DNA from: an uncultured virus (IMG/VR IMGVR_UViG_3300020036_006490)
Taxonomy: Duplodnaviria; Heunggongvirae; Uroviricota; Caudoviricetes; Crassvirales
Length of the DNA: 20,000 nucleotides
Strand: one strand, 5' to 3'
Virus record (IMG/VR): IMGVR_UViG_3300020036_006490
Shown: positions 8,296-16,568 of the stretch, one piece after another
How positions within the stretch are numbered: the stretch's first letter is position 1
Layout of the letters: every line of letters starts with the position of its first letter
Program-made: the position numbers and the translations under genes
The notes under the pieces: generated by a model
Told to the model about the DNA's origin: nothing
What the model saw: only the letters and a program-made list of their open reading frames with translations
Databases searched by the model: none

Positions 8296-8673
8296 TTATG
8301 ACAAATTGTATTTTTTCAACAATATTAATGGCAAAGTAATATAAAAATTATGTAAAGGCACAACTGTTACTATTTTTGCTGAATAATATGTTGTATATGT
8401 ACTAGTCAGTATGGCTTTTGTTAAAGCTCTGTGATGATTTTTACTAAAAATCTGCACAATTTCACCTATTATAGTGTTTTTTCCAATAAAAACAGATAAA
8501 CTATTATCTGAAAAGTTGCTGTCTAACTCAAAAATAATATCATATGGTATAGAATATTCTTCACCTGTAGCGTCATCTTTATAAACTCCACAATTTAGGC
8601 GGTCATCCCATCTCAAATAGAGATCTTTCTGAATAGTTACTGTATCACCTGCTTGAAATAATATAGCAGACAT
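8296..8673 (-). CDS. Hypothetical protein, member 1 of SH3/KOW-like paralogue array
   Basis: AGDTVTI, YSIPYDIIF, IIGEIVQIF, SAKIVTVVPLHNFYITLPLILL. Confidence 0.8.
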   Translation of the reverse strand: MSAILFQAGDTVTIQKDLYLRWDDRLNCGVYKDDATGEEYSIPYDIIFELDSNFSDNSLSVFIGKNTIIGEIVQIFSKNHHRALTKAILTSTYTTYYSAKIVTVVPLHNFYITLPLILLKKYNLS

Positions 8674-8701
8674 AATTTTTATACATTTAAATAAAAGAAT
8701 T

Positions 8702-8733
8702 ATAGGCCGGTTATAATAGACCGGCCTATTTTT
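8702..8733. terminator. Strong hairpin, probable intrinsic terminator or processing site
   Basis: Perfect 10-bp inverted repeat ATAGGCCGGT 8702-11/ACCGGCCTAT 8720-29, with a T-run on the plus side and an A-rich run on the other. Confidence 0.65.
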
Positions 8734-8784
8734 ACTAATTTCCTAATACTTTAAAGTAAGTAGTTTAACTACATTCAAAAGAGT

Positions 8785-8922
8785 TTATCTTACGGTATTT
8801 TTTCTTTGTTCAATCATAAAAAAGATTATCCACATACTTGCCGAACCCCATCCAATCATTCCAGAAATATTATTTTTATATACATCTAGTAGACAGTTTG
8901 CAATTGCCAGAAGTAGATTCAC
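8785..8922 (-). CDS. Small hydrophobic protein, 45 aa (not in ORF track)
   Basis: GTG start, MNLLLAIANCLLDVYKNNISGMIGWGSASMWIIFFMIEQRKNTVR. Two hydrophobic segments and a basic tail. Start codon uncertain. Confidence 0.45.
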   Translation of the reverse strand: MNLLLAIANCLLDVYKNNISGMIGWGSASMWIIFFMIEQRKNTVR

Positions 8923-8997
8923 TATATCAAATGTTGGTATTTTCTTTTCCTTTTCACTTAAGATGTATTGTAGATTTAACTAAGATTATTTTAAAAA

Positions 8998-9098
8998 CAG
9001 CCGGCTAAAAACTTTATGAGACCCCTTACAGGGTCGAATACTACGAATAGCTTAGCCCCAACTAAGTTTGGACCTTAACCAGGTTAATTAACCGGCTG
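8998..9098 (-). ncRNA. Candidate multi-stem RNA (element B)
   Basis: Minus-strand closing stem CAGCCGGUUAA/UUAGCCGGCUG. Internal hairpins ACCU-GGUUA-AGGU, CUUAGU-UGGG-GCUAAG and GACCCU-GUAA-GGGGUC (GNRA loop). Three G-U wobbles work only on the minus strand. Confidence 0.55.
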
Positions 9099-9109
9099 AA
9101 TGTTTTGTA

Positions 9110-9221
9110 CCCTCTTTGTTTAGAGACTGCCCTTTTACTTCTTACAGAAGCTATTGTATACTAACCCGATGGTACGTTTGCCCGAGACAAGGGCGTCACT
9201 TCGGGCGAGCTACAAAGAGGG
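9110..9221. ncRNA. Candidate pseudoknotted RNA (element C)
   Basis: Closing stem CCCTCTTTGT 9110-19/ACAAAGAGGG 9212-21. Hairpin 9176-86/9200-10 has loop AAGGGCGTC (9189-97) complementary to GAC-T-GCCCTT (9125-34). Also a CTTCT/AGAAG hairpin. Confidence 0.55.
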
Positions 9222-9227
9222 CTTTGC

Positions 9228-10850
9228 TTATTTCTTCCTGTTAGCAATAATAGGAACAACATTGTCCTTTAGCTTAGGAGGAGTTTGTGTTTTTTCAAGT
9301 TTTGTACCTTTAGATTGCACAGCCTCTTTCAAAGCATCTGCAATTGGTACAGGGACTACGCAATGATGAATATCTGCTAGAGTAATTTCATTCTCTAGAG
9401 CATATGGTTTATCAGCACCAGGTAGAGTATTTTTCGTTTTCAGTGTATGCTCATAGAGCTTCTGATCAAATACATCAACAATTGGATCAATATTCTCTTT
9501 AATTTTCTCAACAGCTTTATCAGCTGTAGGCTTCTTAAGAGGTGTTAAATGTATTGCAACATCAACTCTACCAGCTCTAAAAGCAGCAGGATTGACATGG
9601 CTTTGCTCAGCATTGAATATCAGAATGTACACTGTATTGTATTGACGTCTATGTTCACCATCTAGCATAGCAAGAAGTATTTGAGACGATGCTTTTGTAT
9701 CATCTAATGCAATTTGAGCTTCATCAATAACCATAATGTTTAATTGACGTTCAGATTCTTTTCCTGCACTATACACATCGTTTAGTGATTGACCTTCTGG
9801 ACTAATATACAAACTCTCTGATATATCTTTCGCACCACTATCAGTATTAAAGATCATAGGGGCAAAACCTTCGAATTCAGGTGTAATTACCGCTTCTACT
9901 GTTGAGGCGTTAAGATAAAAGACTTTACCAATATTCTGTTTAGATAATTCATAACATAAATAACCACCTAATACAGTTTTACCTGTACCTACAGTACCCA
10001 TGATATAAATATTATGCTTAGATTGGACAGCTTTGATAATACCTTCAGAAATGTCACTGAGACTTATTCTGTGTTTCTCATTGTTGAAATCGATGGTAAT
10101 ATCTTCATACATTGTTCTCAAATCTTCTGGACCGTTTATCAAGCTAAATGATTTGACGGATTGAGTAATATAATCAGCTCCTCTCTTCACTATCTTGTGA
10201 ATGTAGAAAATTGGATTTTTAGAAGAATTTTCAGTTTTGATAGTAACACTATGGCTCCTAACAATTTTGATAACTTCATCAAATTTAAACTTTGTTTTTC
10301 TATCATGATAGATTATAACATCACTCATGGTATTTACAAGCTTTTTAGGATCATTTGGTAAAACCTTTTTGTACACTGTGTACAACATAATGATTTTTTC
10401 TCCTTCATGTGAAATAGACAAATAGATTTTATTTGCTTTAGATTCAGGAGCAGGTTCAGCATTAGTGATAACAACGTCAGATTGAAACTCAACTTTAGAT
10501 TCTGGAAATCTTTCCAAAATGGCGTCTATAGTTGGGTCGTTTAAATAATAAACTCTTTCACTCGTTCCCGATTTTTGTTGGTTTTCTACAGAAAGCCTAG
10601 TAGAGAAGGTGAACTTTTTTCGTATACCCAACAATTTGGCAGCTATATCAGCTTCTCCTAATTCTCCAAATTTATAGGAGTCTATAATATTTGCAGTAGG
10701 CATTACAGGACTAGCAATTTCTTGTTCAGCCAATTGTCGCATTTTTGCATTATGTCTAATATACATAACTACAAATACTATCACAATGATAGTGAAGAAA
10801 AATGCAAATATAGGAAAAAATATTCCTATTTGAGAAATTTCTAACAACAT
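9228..10850 (-). CDS. Membrane-anchored AAA+ ATPase (classical AAA, BCS1-like C-terminal module)
   Basis: N-terminal TM segment IFFPIFAFFFTIIVIVFVVMYI, Walker A GTVGTGKT, Walker B IMVIDE, LLAMLDG, sensor-1 N and Arg-finger region NPAAFRAGRVD. Confidence 0.88.
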   Translation of the reverse strand: MLLEISQIGIFFPIFAFFFTIIVIVFVVMYIRHNAKMRQLAEQEIASPVMPTANIIDSYKFGELGEADIAAKLLGIRKKFTFSTRLSVENQQKSGTSERVYYLNDPTIDAILERFPESKVEFQSDVVITNAEPAPESKANKIYLSISHEGEKIIMLYTVYKKVLPNDPKKLVNTMSDVIIYHDRKTKFKFDEVIKIVRSHSVTIKTENSSKNPIFYIHKIVKRGADYITQSVKSFSLINGPEDLRTMYEDITIDFNNEKHRISLSDISEGIIKAVQSKHNIYIMGTVGTGKTVLGGYLCYELSKQNIGKVFYLNASTVEAVITPEFEGFAPMIFNTDSGAKDISESLYISPEGQSLNDVYSAGKESERQLNIMVIDEAQIALDDTKASSQILLAMLDGEHRRQYNTVYILIFNAEQSHVNPAAFRAGRVDVAIHLTPLKKPTADKAVEKIKENIDPIVDVFDQKLYEHTLKTKNTLPGADKPYALENEITLADIHHCVVPVPIADALKEAVQSKGTKLEKTQTPPKLKDNVVPIIANRKK

Positions 10851-10887
10851 AATTTTTACATTTTTTATATGAATAAATAAATACTTA

Positions 10888-10921
10888 AACAGAGGCCTCC
10901 CCGTTAAGAGGAGGCTTGTTT
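10888..10921 (-). terminator. Hairpin overlapping the GH73 stop codon
   Basis: AAACA..GGCCTCC / GGAGGCTTGTTT imperfect inverted repeat spanning the stop at 10904, followed on the minus strand by T-rich sequence. Confidence 0.4.
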
Positions 10922-11437
10922 CTTAAGTTCATGAACTTTTTGTACATAACTGAGAATATCTCTCAACTTTGTGGGGTAAGATTTATCCTCAGCATAACCA
11001 TAATCAACGAGGAATTGAATATACTCCTCATTGGTTTTGACCTTCTTACCACGACTAGCTTCATATCGGGACAGGTACTTCTGTTGCCATGCTATGTAGT
11101 CTTTCAACGAAGCGCTAAAATCCCCACCATAATCTGCATGACCTAGTTGTGATCCCTTAGAGAATCCCCTCTTGTTGTGTTTCATACCGAAACCATTCCC
11201 ATTCTTCAAAAATACCTCTGAAGACGCATATCCTGTTTCCAAGATAAATTGAGACATAACAACTTCAGGGAATCTTGCCCCAGCATCTACTATAGGCTCG
11301 AATGCTTTGTTCCACTTCTCTATTACCGGAGTAACTCCCCGAATAACAGTAGAAATGCGTGGACGCTCAGTAAACAATATTACAGCTATTAATGCGGCTG
11401 TACAAAAACCGGCAGCGAAAGCTAATGTATTTTTCAT
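10904..11437 (-). CDS. GH73 glucosaminidase/muramidase (FlgJ-like) with N-terminal signal anchor
   Basis: SQFILETGY (catalytic Glu), NGFGMK and GYAEDKSYPTKL (YATD-type motif). N-terminal Ala/Gly-rich hydrophobic segment LAFAAGFCTAALIAVILF. Confidence 0.88.
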   Translation of the reverse strand: MKNTLAFAAGFCTAALIAVILFTERPRISTVIRGVTPVIEKWNKAFEPIVDAGARFPEVVMSQFILETGYASSEVFLKNGNGFGMKHNKRGFSKGSQLGHADYGGDFSASLKDYIAWQQKYLSRYEASRGKKVKTNEEYIQFLVDYGYAEDKSYPTKLRDILSYVQKVHELKKQASS

Positions 11438-11485
11438 GATGTATTTTTTTAGATGTCCTCGACACGATTTTTAAATTAATTATAA

Positions 11486-12187
11486 TTAACATTTTTCGAA
11501 AGCAAACATTGGATATTTCACATCTGTTTTGCCTACAAATTTTAATTTTGTTTTTTCTTCGATTGCTTTTATCGCAGCTTCTATTGATTTTGCGGCAGCT
11601 GCATACTCAGTAATTAAAACTCTTAATTGATTTTCTGAATATGCGATAATTGTTGGAGAATCTTGCATTTTAGCAATAATATCATCCATAATTGGTACAC
11701 CAGTGGTTACCAACTTTACTTTGTCAGCTATGAATTTCTCCTCCCCTTTGTGAAAGAATTTCTGTAGAACAAATTCTACTTTATCATTCACTTTAAACGG
11801 GATATTGATATCAAAATTCTTTCTTTGAGCAGTATAAATCATTGGAACTCCATCAATAATAGTACCAATCTTCAACATATTAATGTTGTTGTGTGGTTCT
11901 GATCTTTGGATACCTGATATTACACCGGTCTTAGTCATTGATTTTTCAGTTCTCGGTGGAACTTTGAATAGCGGAGTTTTGGGATTTTCTGGAGCAATAT
12001 TCTCCACAACTTTTTCTGGAACTATTGGCGCTATTGGTGCAATAGGTTCTATCGGAGCGATATCAATTACTGGTGGAATAATTTCTTGTTTAGATTTTTC
12101 CACGTCAATGATTTTGCTCAAATCTTCGAGGGTTGATGCTACTTTTCTCGGCTTATTCCCTCCCTTGTTACGACTTCTTCTTCCCAT
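11486..12187 (-). CDS. Hypothetical protein with basic N-terminus, Pro-rich linker and possible cold-shock-like OB fold
   Basis: KTGVI...GTI...FKVNDKVEFVL...KG...ADKVKLV resembles the CSD strand pattern but lacks RNP aromatics. Short IAPIEPIAPIAPIVP repeat. The ORF is solid, the fold tentative. Confidence 0.6.
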   Translation of the reverse strand: MGRRSRNKGGNKPRKVASTLEDLSKIIDVEKSKQEIIPPVIDIAPIEPIAPIAPIVPEKVVENIAPENPKTPLFKVPPRTEKSMTKTGVISGIQRSEPHNNINMLKIGTIIDGVPMIYTAQRKNFDINIPFKVNDKVEFVLQKFFHKGEEKFIADKVKLVTTGVPIMDDIIAKMQDSPTIIAYSENQLRVLITEYAAAAKSIEAAIKAIEEKTKLKFVGKTDVKYPMFAFEKC

Positions 12188-12503
12188 GGTTAATGTTCAA
12201 ATTTTTTAGTTTAGTTAATAATTGTGTAAAATAGCTTCCTGAGGCAGAGGCTATGGTATGAAAGGTAAGTAAAGATGCTATGCTTTCTAAAGCTTCTTTG
12301 TCTTTATCTGAAAAGCCAAATTCTTTAAAATCATTACCATAATCATGTCTAAATGCGTTGTACATTTCTACAGTTAATACCTCTTCAGTTTGCAGTATCT
12401 CTACTAGCTTAATTGTATTTTTGAGAGTTCTTTTCATCCAAGCTTTGTTTTTCGAAGCTATCGATAATTTCCTCCCATTTGTGCTCTTTAATGAGCCTTC
12501 CAT
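12168..12503 (-). CDS. Hypothetical protein
   Basis: Co-directional 111-aa ORF. A later start (MKRTL) would shorten the overlap with the upstream gene. Confidence 0.65.
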   Translation of the reverse strand: MEGSLKSTNGRKLSIASKNKAWMKRTLKNTIKLVEILQTEEVLTVEMYNAFRHDYGNDFKEFGFSDKDKEALESIASLLTFHTIASASGSYFTQLLTKLKNLNINHGKKKS

Positions 12504-12792
12504 AAAAAATCAAATTTTTAATTAGTAAAATAATGCTTACAAACGGTCCAAATAATACAACTATAGTCATAATTATGGAGCGTCTTACAGTTTTGGGTTT
12601 GTCAGATACATAAAATGTAATGACTTTCGAAGCAGAATAATACAAGCTGCCTAAAACCCAGATAAAAGCCATGATATAAATCATACTATCAGATCTGAAT
12701 AGAGTTCTCTGGAACTGGTATACTAATAGAGCATTGATAACACCTCCAATTAGTGGCATCCATTGTATAAACTGCAATAATTTTCCTCTCAT
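12409..12792 (-). CDS. Hypothetical integral membrane protein (about 3 TM helices)
   Basis: Three hydrophobic segments: WMPLIGGVINALLVY, IYIMAFIWVLGSLYY, IIMTIVVLFGPFVSIILLI. Confidence 0.75.
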   Translation of the reverse strand: MRGKLLQFIQWMPLIGGVINALLVYQFQRTLFRSDSMIYIMAFIWVLGSLYYSASKVITFYVSDKPKTVRRSIIMTIVVLFGPFVSIILLIKNLIFYGRLIKEHKWEEIIDSFEKQSLDEKNSQKYN

Positions 12793-13105
12793 CTTTATTA
12801 ATTAAGAGTTTAAAAGATTTAAATTTTAGAAGAAAACTAAATTGCTCAGATAAAATCAAAGTAAAATAGTCTGTTCTAATATTGGCTACTATAAGATCAG
12901 TTAAGTCAACTTCTTGTATAAGTTGACTGAGAGGCTTAAGAATGTCTCTAGGTCTAGCCACACATAGAGCACGCTTCTTATCCGTTGTATGTCCGATAAT
13001 ATCTACTATCAGATCATTTTTATAAACACCCAGGGTATCATTGAGTGTTATTTTTTTAAGCCATAAGCGGCCATCCATTAGTTTAGTCCGAAATCTACTT
13101 GCCAT
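12689..13105 (-). CDS. Hypothetical protein
   Basis: Co-directional ORF. Start could be MDGRL at 13078, coupled to the upstream stop. Confidence 0.65.
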   Translation of the reverse strand: MASRFRTKLMDGRLWLKKITLNDTLGVYKNDLIVDIIGHTTDKKRALCVARPRDILKPLSQLIQEVDLTDLIVANIRTDYFTLILSEQFSFLLKFKSFKLLINKDERKIIAVYTMDATNWRCYQCSISIPVPENSIQI

Positions 13106-13365
13106 GATATAACCATTAAACTTTTTATAGGATGTTCTTCAAAATTTAAAGAATAAACAGAATATCCTAATATTGATAAAATAGATACTGTTTCATGCAT
13201 CTTGTCAGATATGTATATAGTTACTTCAGTTTGAAATTTGTGATTTCTTGCGGCATTTCGAATTTTCATCAAAACCATTACAGTAAGAGAACTTAATGCC
13301 ATTTTAGGATTAGGCGGCATATTTCTCTTGAACTTGGTATAATAAAATATGTCGGAAGCTCTCAT
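13078..13365 (-). CDS. Hypothetical protein
   Basis: 95-aa ORF with ATGA overlap to the upstream gene. Confidence 0.7.
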   Translation of the reverse strand: MRASDIFYYTKFKRNMPPNPKMALSSLTVMVLMKIRNAARNHKFQTEVTIYISDKMHETVSILSILGYSVYSLNFEEHPIKSLMVISWQVDFGLN

Positions 13366-13823
13366 CTTTTAGAAGACTTAAAATCCTTACAATATTTATA
13401 AAATGTATCTTTAATGCCTTTACATCGTATTTGTAGTTGTCTAAGCTCATCTACACCAAGTAATCTTTCAACTTTGTGTACTAGAACCAAATTAGGTCTT
13501 TGAGGTTTAGTTTCAACTAAAAACGGATTCAGCTTTGATACATGTATATCATATGGAAAACATAATTCTTCCAAATGTTTTCTTGCTGTAGGTATATCTA
13601 TTACACTGCTACTTCCAAATAAATTCTTTATTTCTCTTGACATAACTAATTTATAAGCAACTTGTGTTTGAATACCATTAGCATCTGAAATGTAGGTTAT
13701 AGTTAATGGGTGTAAATAGATAGGAGGAGATATTACAATTTTACTGTATACAATCTCTTTCTTTCTCTCTTCTGGAGTAGACCATTCTGTCTGAAATCCA
13801 GGTTTAACTTTATCATTTTCCAT
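13362..13823 (-). CDS. Hypothetical protein
   Basis: 153-aa ORF with TAATG coupling to the upstream gene. Confidence 0.75.
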   Translation of the reverse strand: MENDKVKPGFQTEWSTPEERKKEIVYSKIVISPPIYLHPLTITYISDANGIQTQVAYKLVMSREIKNLFGSSSVIDIPTARKHLEELCFPYDIHVSKLNPFLVETKPQRPNLVLVHKVERLLGVDELRQLQIRCKGIKDTFYKYCKDFKSSKR

Positions 13824-14176
13824 TAGTATTTGAATTTTAATTCTTGATTAATTTTATATAGAGCGTCAAAAATTTCTGGGAATCTTTTAACAATGTTTTC
13901 AAAATTGATATCCTCAACATTATGTAAAACAAAGAAAAATATAGATATAGCATCTATATTCTCTTTCTTAATAAATTGAAATTCTAATCTTGTAACATCG
14001 TTTAACTCTTGGCACATTATTGGAATTAGAGCCTCTTTAATAGTTGAGAATTTTTTAATTCTGAACTTAAACAATAGTCTACTCACATCATCAGTAAATA
14101 CTGTGAATGTAGCTAATTTTCTGTCTAGAGTCGGGCTGAGCTTCTCAGCTTCATGGATTAACTTAAATAGAGCCAT
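13823..14176 (-). CDS. Hypothetical protein
   Basis: 117-aa ORF with A-rich leader TAAAATAAAATC-ATG. Confidence 0.75.
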   Translation of the reverse strand: MALFKLIHEAEKLSPTLDRKLATFTVFTDDVSRLLFKFRIKKFSTIKEALIPIMCQELNDVTRLEFQFIKKENIDAISIFFFVLHNVEDINFENIVKRFPEIFDALYKINQELKFKY

Positions 14177-14258
14177 GATTTTATTTTAATTAGTTAATAA
14201 ATAATTAAAGAGAGTTATAATATTTTTCAACATGAAACTCTCCAAATCCAAGATACTA

Positions 14259-14822
14259 CTACTCTTCAATTACTTCATCTAGTTCATCGATATGCCAATT
14301 AGGCTCATAACTCAGTTTATCCTCTTCAACTTCTTCAAGAGGTTTTTTAGATGAAGTAACTACATATTCATCCCAATCTGTTAATTCCCAGTATTGAGAT
14401 ATTTGCTGTAAAGCTGCTTTCCATTTAAGAAAAGCTAATGGAGTTTTGATATCTGCATTGAAATTGAACTTCTTAGATTCATAAAATTCTCTGGGAGACA
14501 TCCGTCCTGATAAAGTATAAGAATACGAAGTTGGCAATTCTCCGCGCATAACTACAACATTCTTATAATCTTTTGATAATGTAACTTCTATTGAAGGAAC
14601 ATAATGTTCGTAGTAATCTACTACGAATCCTGACCCTTTCTGCAACTTGTGACATTTGATGTTGTAAGATAGACCTTTTTTAATGCCTTTTTTGAATTTA
14701 TCTGGTACTAAAATAATGTGATCTTTTCCCAAGATATTAGTTTGACCAATTGTGGCACCGTTTTTAAGGGATTTAAAGAATACGATATTAACAAAATCGT
14801 ATTGTCTAGGATTTTTTTCCAT
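14259..14822 (-). CDS. Hypothetical protein (beta-rich N-terminus, acidic tail)
   Basis: 187-aa ORF, no motif recognised. Confidence 0.75.
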   Translation of the reverse strand: MEKNPRQYDFVNIVFFKSLKNGATIGQTNILGKDHIILVPDKFKKGIKKGLSYNIKCHKLQKGSGFVVDYYEHYVPSIEVTLSKDYKNVVVMRGELPTSYSYTLSGRMSPREFYESKKFNFNADIKTPLAFLKWKAALQQISQYWELTDWDEYVVTSSKKPLEEVEEDKLSYEPNWHIDELDEVIEE

Positions 14823-15009
14823 GATTTTTATTCTTTTTAAATGTTTTATTGATAGATTTTATAAATTCAGCATCTTGTTTTGATTGTGGTACATCTGGGC
14901 ACATAGATGCTAATTTGTCCCAAGTGTTAAATGCAGATTCATTGTTAGAGTCGCATATTATCTGGATCCTTGACCCAGACAGTTTAATTTCTGGTAGAAC
15001 GATTTGCAT
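14806..15009 (-). CDS. Small hypothetical protein
   Basis: 67-aa ORF bridging its two neighbours with short overlaps. Confidence 0.6.
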   Translation of the reverse strand: MQIVLPEIKLSGSRIQIICDSNNESAFNTWDKLASMCPDVPQSKQDAEFIKSINKTFKKNKNHGKKS

Positions 15010-15580
15010 ATCCTTTTTGTATTAAGAATATTAATTGTGAGTTAATTAATCTGTCTAGAGATTGTTTAGCAGCTAACAATTGTTTTGAATTCTTAACATT
15101 AGAGTTAAAATACTCATTACATTGTGCCATTTGCCGTTTGACATCAATTTCTGGTAATACTAAATCACCTTTAATTTTATGGTCAATGTGATAGTCAGAT
15201 ATTAAATACTGTAATTGTATTCCTGTAGTATCTAATAGGAATGTTTTTGATGCATTGTTAATTTGAATTATGGAAGTATCTATATTTACATAAAAAGATA
15301 CCTTACCTGTTGTAGTCACAACTACTGGAACCTTTGATTTAAATGGTACAGTATAATTATAAGTACAAGAGTCATTAACATCAAATTCACCGTGTATTAG
15401 TCTGAGCTTCTCAAAGAAGTCAGTTTCAGTATGTACATATGTAGAATCAGACAATTGCGGTAACAGGAATCTCTCAGGTATAACCTTAACTAGAGTTTCC
15501 ATTGCAGTTTTAGGTGAGTACAAATAGAATAGCGCAAATGCACCAATTCCTAAGAACACCCATGTTATTACTCTTTTCAT
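14984..15580 (-). CDS. Membrane-anchored DUF4230-like protein
   Basis: N-terminal TM segment, then VVVTTTGKVSFYVNID...IQIN...KTFLL and a C-terminal helix LLAAKQS...LIQKGY, a pattern resembling DUF4230. Confidence 0.6.
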   Translation of the reverse strand: MKRVITWVFLGIGAFALFYLYSPKTAMETLVKVIPERFLLPQLSDSTYVHTETDFFEKLRLIHGEFDVNDSCTYNYTVPFKSKVPVVVTTTGKVSFYVNIDTSIIQINNASKTFLLDTTGIQLQYLISDYHIDHKIKGDLVLPEIDVKRQMAQCNEYFNSNVKNSKQLLAAKQSLDRLINSQLIFLIQKGYANRSTRN

Positions 15581-15900
15581 GTTTTATAAGGATTAAAGGG
15601 TTCAGGTGGTCCAATAAGTGCTTCTGCTAGTATAACTATTATACATAATAACAGCACAAATAATACTGTGCTGCCTATAGGAGACATTTCTTTAATTGTC
15701 TCCCATTCTCCAAACTTTTTAGAAGAGTGGATAGTATAATTTTGTGGTTTTGTTGATGGGCTTGTATATACTGCTAAAGCAGTCCCATCTTTGTATACAT
15801 CTATAATTTGTACTCTCTTCTCTATAGTAAATATTTCGGAGTTGTATATTAGCATCATTAATAGAGAAATAATGACACATACTCCAAACCTTTTGAGCAT
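15577..15900 (-). CDS. Two-TM membrane protein with exported beta-rich loop
   Basis: Hydrophobic N-terminal (FGVCVIISLLMMLIY) and C-terminal (VLFVLLLCIIVILAEALI) segments. Confidence 0.75.
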   Translation of the reverse strand: MLKRFGVCVIISLLMMLIYNSEIFTIEKRVQIIDVYKDGTALAVYTSPSTKPQNYTIHSSKKFGEWETIKEMSPIGSTVLFVLLLCIIVILAEALIGPPEPFNPYKT

Positions 15901-15917
15901 TAGATTTTATTTTAGAT

Positions 15918-15951
15918 AAAAAAATGAGGGTGAGAACATATCCCCACCCTC
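15918..15951 (-). terminator. Rho-independent terminator
   Basis: Minus strand GAGGGUGGGGA-UAUG-UUCUCACCCUC followed by AUUUUUUU, just after the stop at 15966. Confidence 0.8.
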
Positions 15952-15965
15952 TAGAAAAATCCGGG

Positions 15966-16556
15966 TTATGCTTTTGCAGTCAATCTAGCTCTTGTTTTAG
16001 CTAGTTGAATTTTTAAGTCAGCTGGAAGCATTTTGATGTCAGCAATTTCAGCATGAGAAGCTAACTGAAGAACTAAACCAATGTTCGCCATCAAATTTGA
16101 TGGATCATTGTTTAACTCATCAGTGATTTCAGCAAGATAGAATTGACCTTCTTCTTCATTTTCTTCTTCACTATCATCTGCTTCTTTTTTAACTGTATCC
16201 AAAACGATTTCATCAGTTTTGTTTTCAACTGCAGCAATGGCTGCAGCTTTCTCAGCTTTCTCAGCTTTCTCAGCTTCCTCTACTTGTTGTAGAGTATCGA
16301 GATACAATGCGGCATATTCTTCTTTAGCCTGTTTTGCCAAATTGAAACCAGCAACATAACTAGGATTAGCTTTTACAGTTTCCTCCTTCATATCCCAATA
16401 AGCTTTACGAAACTCTGGAGTATTAGAATTTCCAAATTTCTGGAAACTCTCCAATTTTTCCATTATTTCAGCTCCATTTTGAAACAATTTTACAGCTTCA
16501 TCAAAACTGAGAGCTATTACTTCAGCACCTTTTGTGATTTTTTCCATGATTTTCAT
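15966..16556 (-). CDS. Acidic, Ala/Glu/Lys-rich helical hypothetical protein
   Basis: 196-aa ORF with AEK repeats, acidic stretch DDSEEENEEEG and its own terminator. Confidence 0.8.
   Translation of the reverse strand: MKIMEKITKGAEVIALSFDEAVKLFQNGAEIMEKLESFQKFGNSNTPEFRKAYWDMKEETVKANPSYVAGFNLAKQAKEEYAALYLDTLQQVEEAEKAEKAEKAAAIAAVENKTDEIVLDTVKKEADDSEEENEEEGQFYLAEITDELNNDPSNLMANIGLVLQLASHAEIADIKMLPADLKIQLAKTRARLTAKA
16244..16276. repeat. In-frame 9-bp tandem repeat (CAGCTTTCT x3 plus partial copy) encoding AEK repeats
   Basis: Read directly from the sequence. Confidence 0.9.
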
Positions 16557-16568
16557 GATTTTTAAAAA

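Noticed and set aside
9012..9052. Hammerhead-like arrangement on plus (TTTATGA-stem-GAAT)
   Set aside because: The core should be CUGANGA...GAAA. C3, G5 and the last A are substituted and no stem I is evident.
8998..9098. tRNA gene (cloverleaf-like, D-loop-like TGGTTAA)
   Set aside because: No T-arm with a TTC loop in a 5-bp stem, no 7-nt anticodon loop, wrong spacing, no CCA.
14210..14242. GAGAGTT/AACTCTC inverted repeat as a terminator
   Set aside because: Short stem with a large AT-rich loop, too weak to call.
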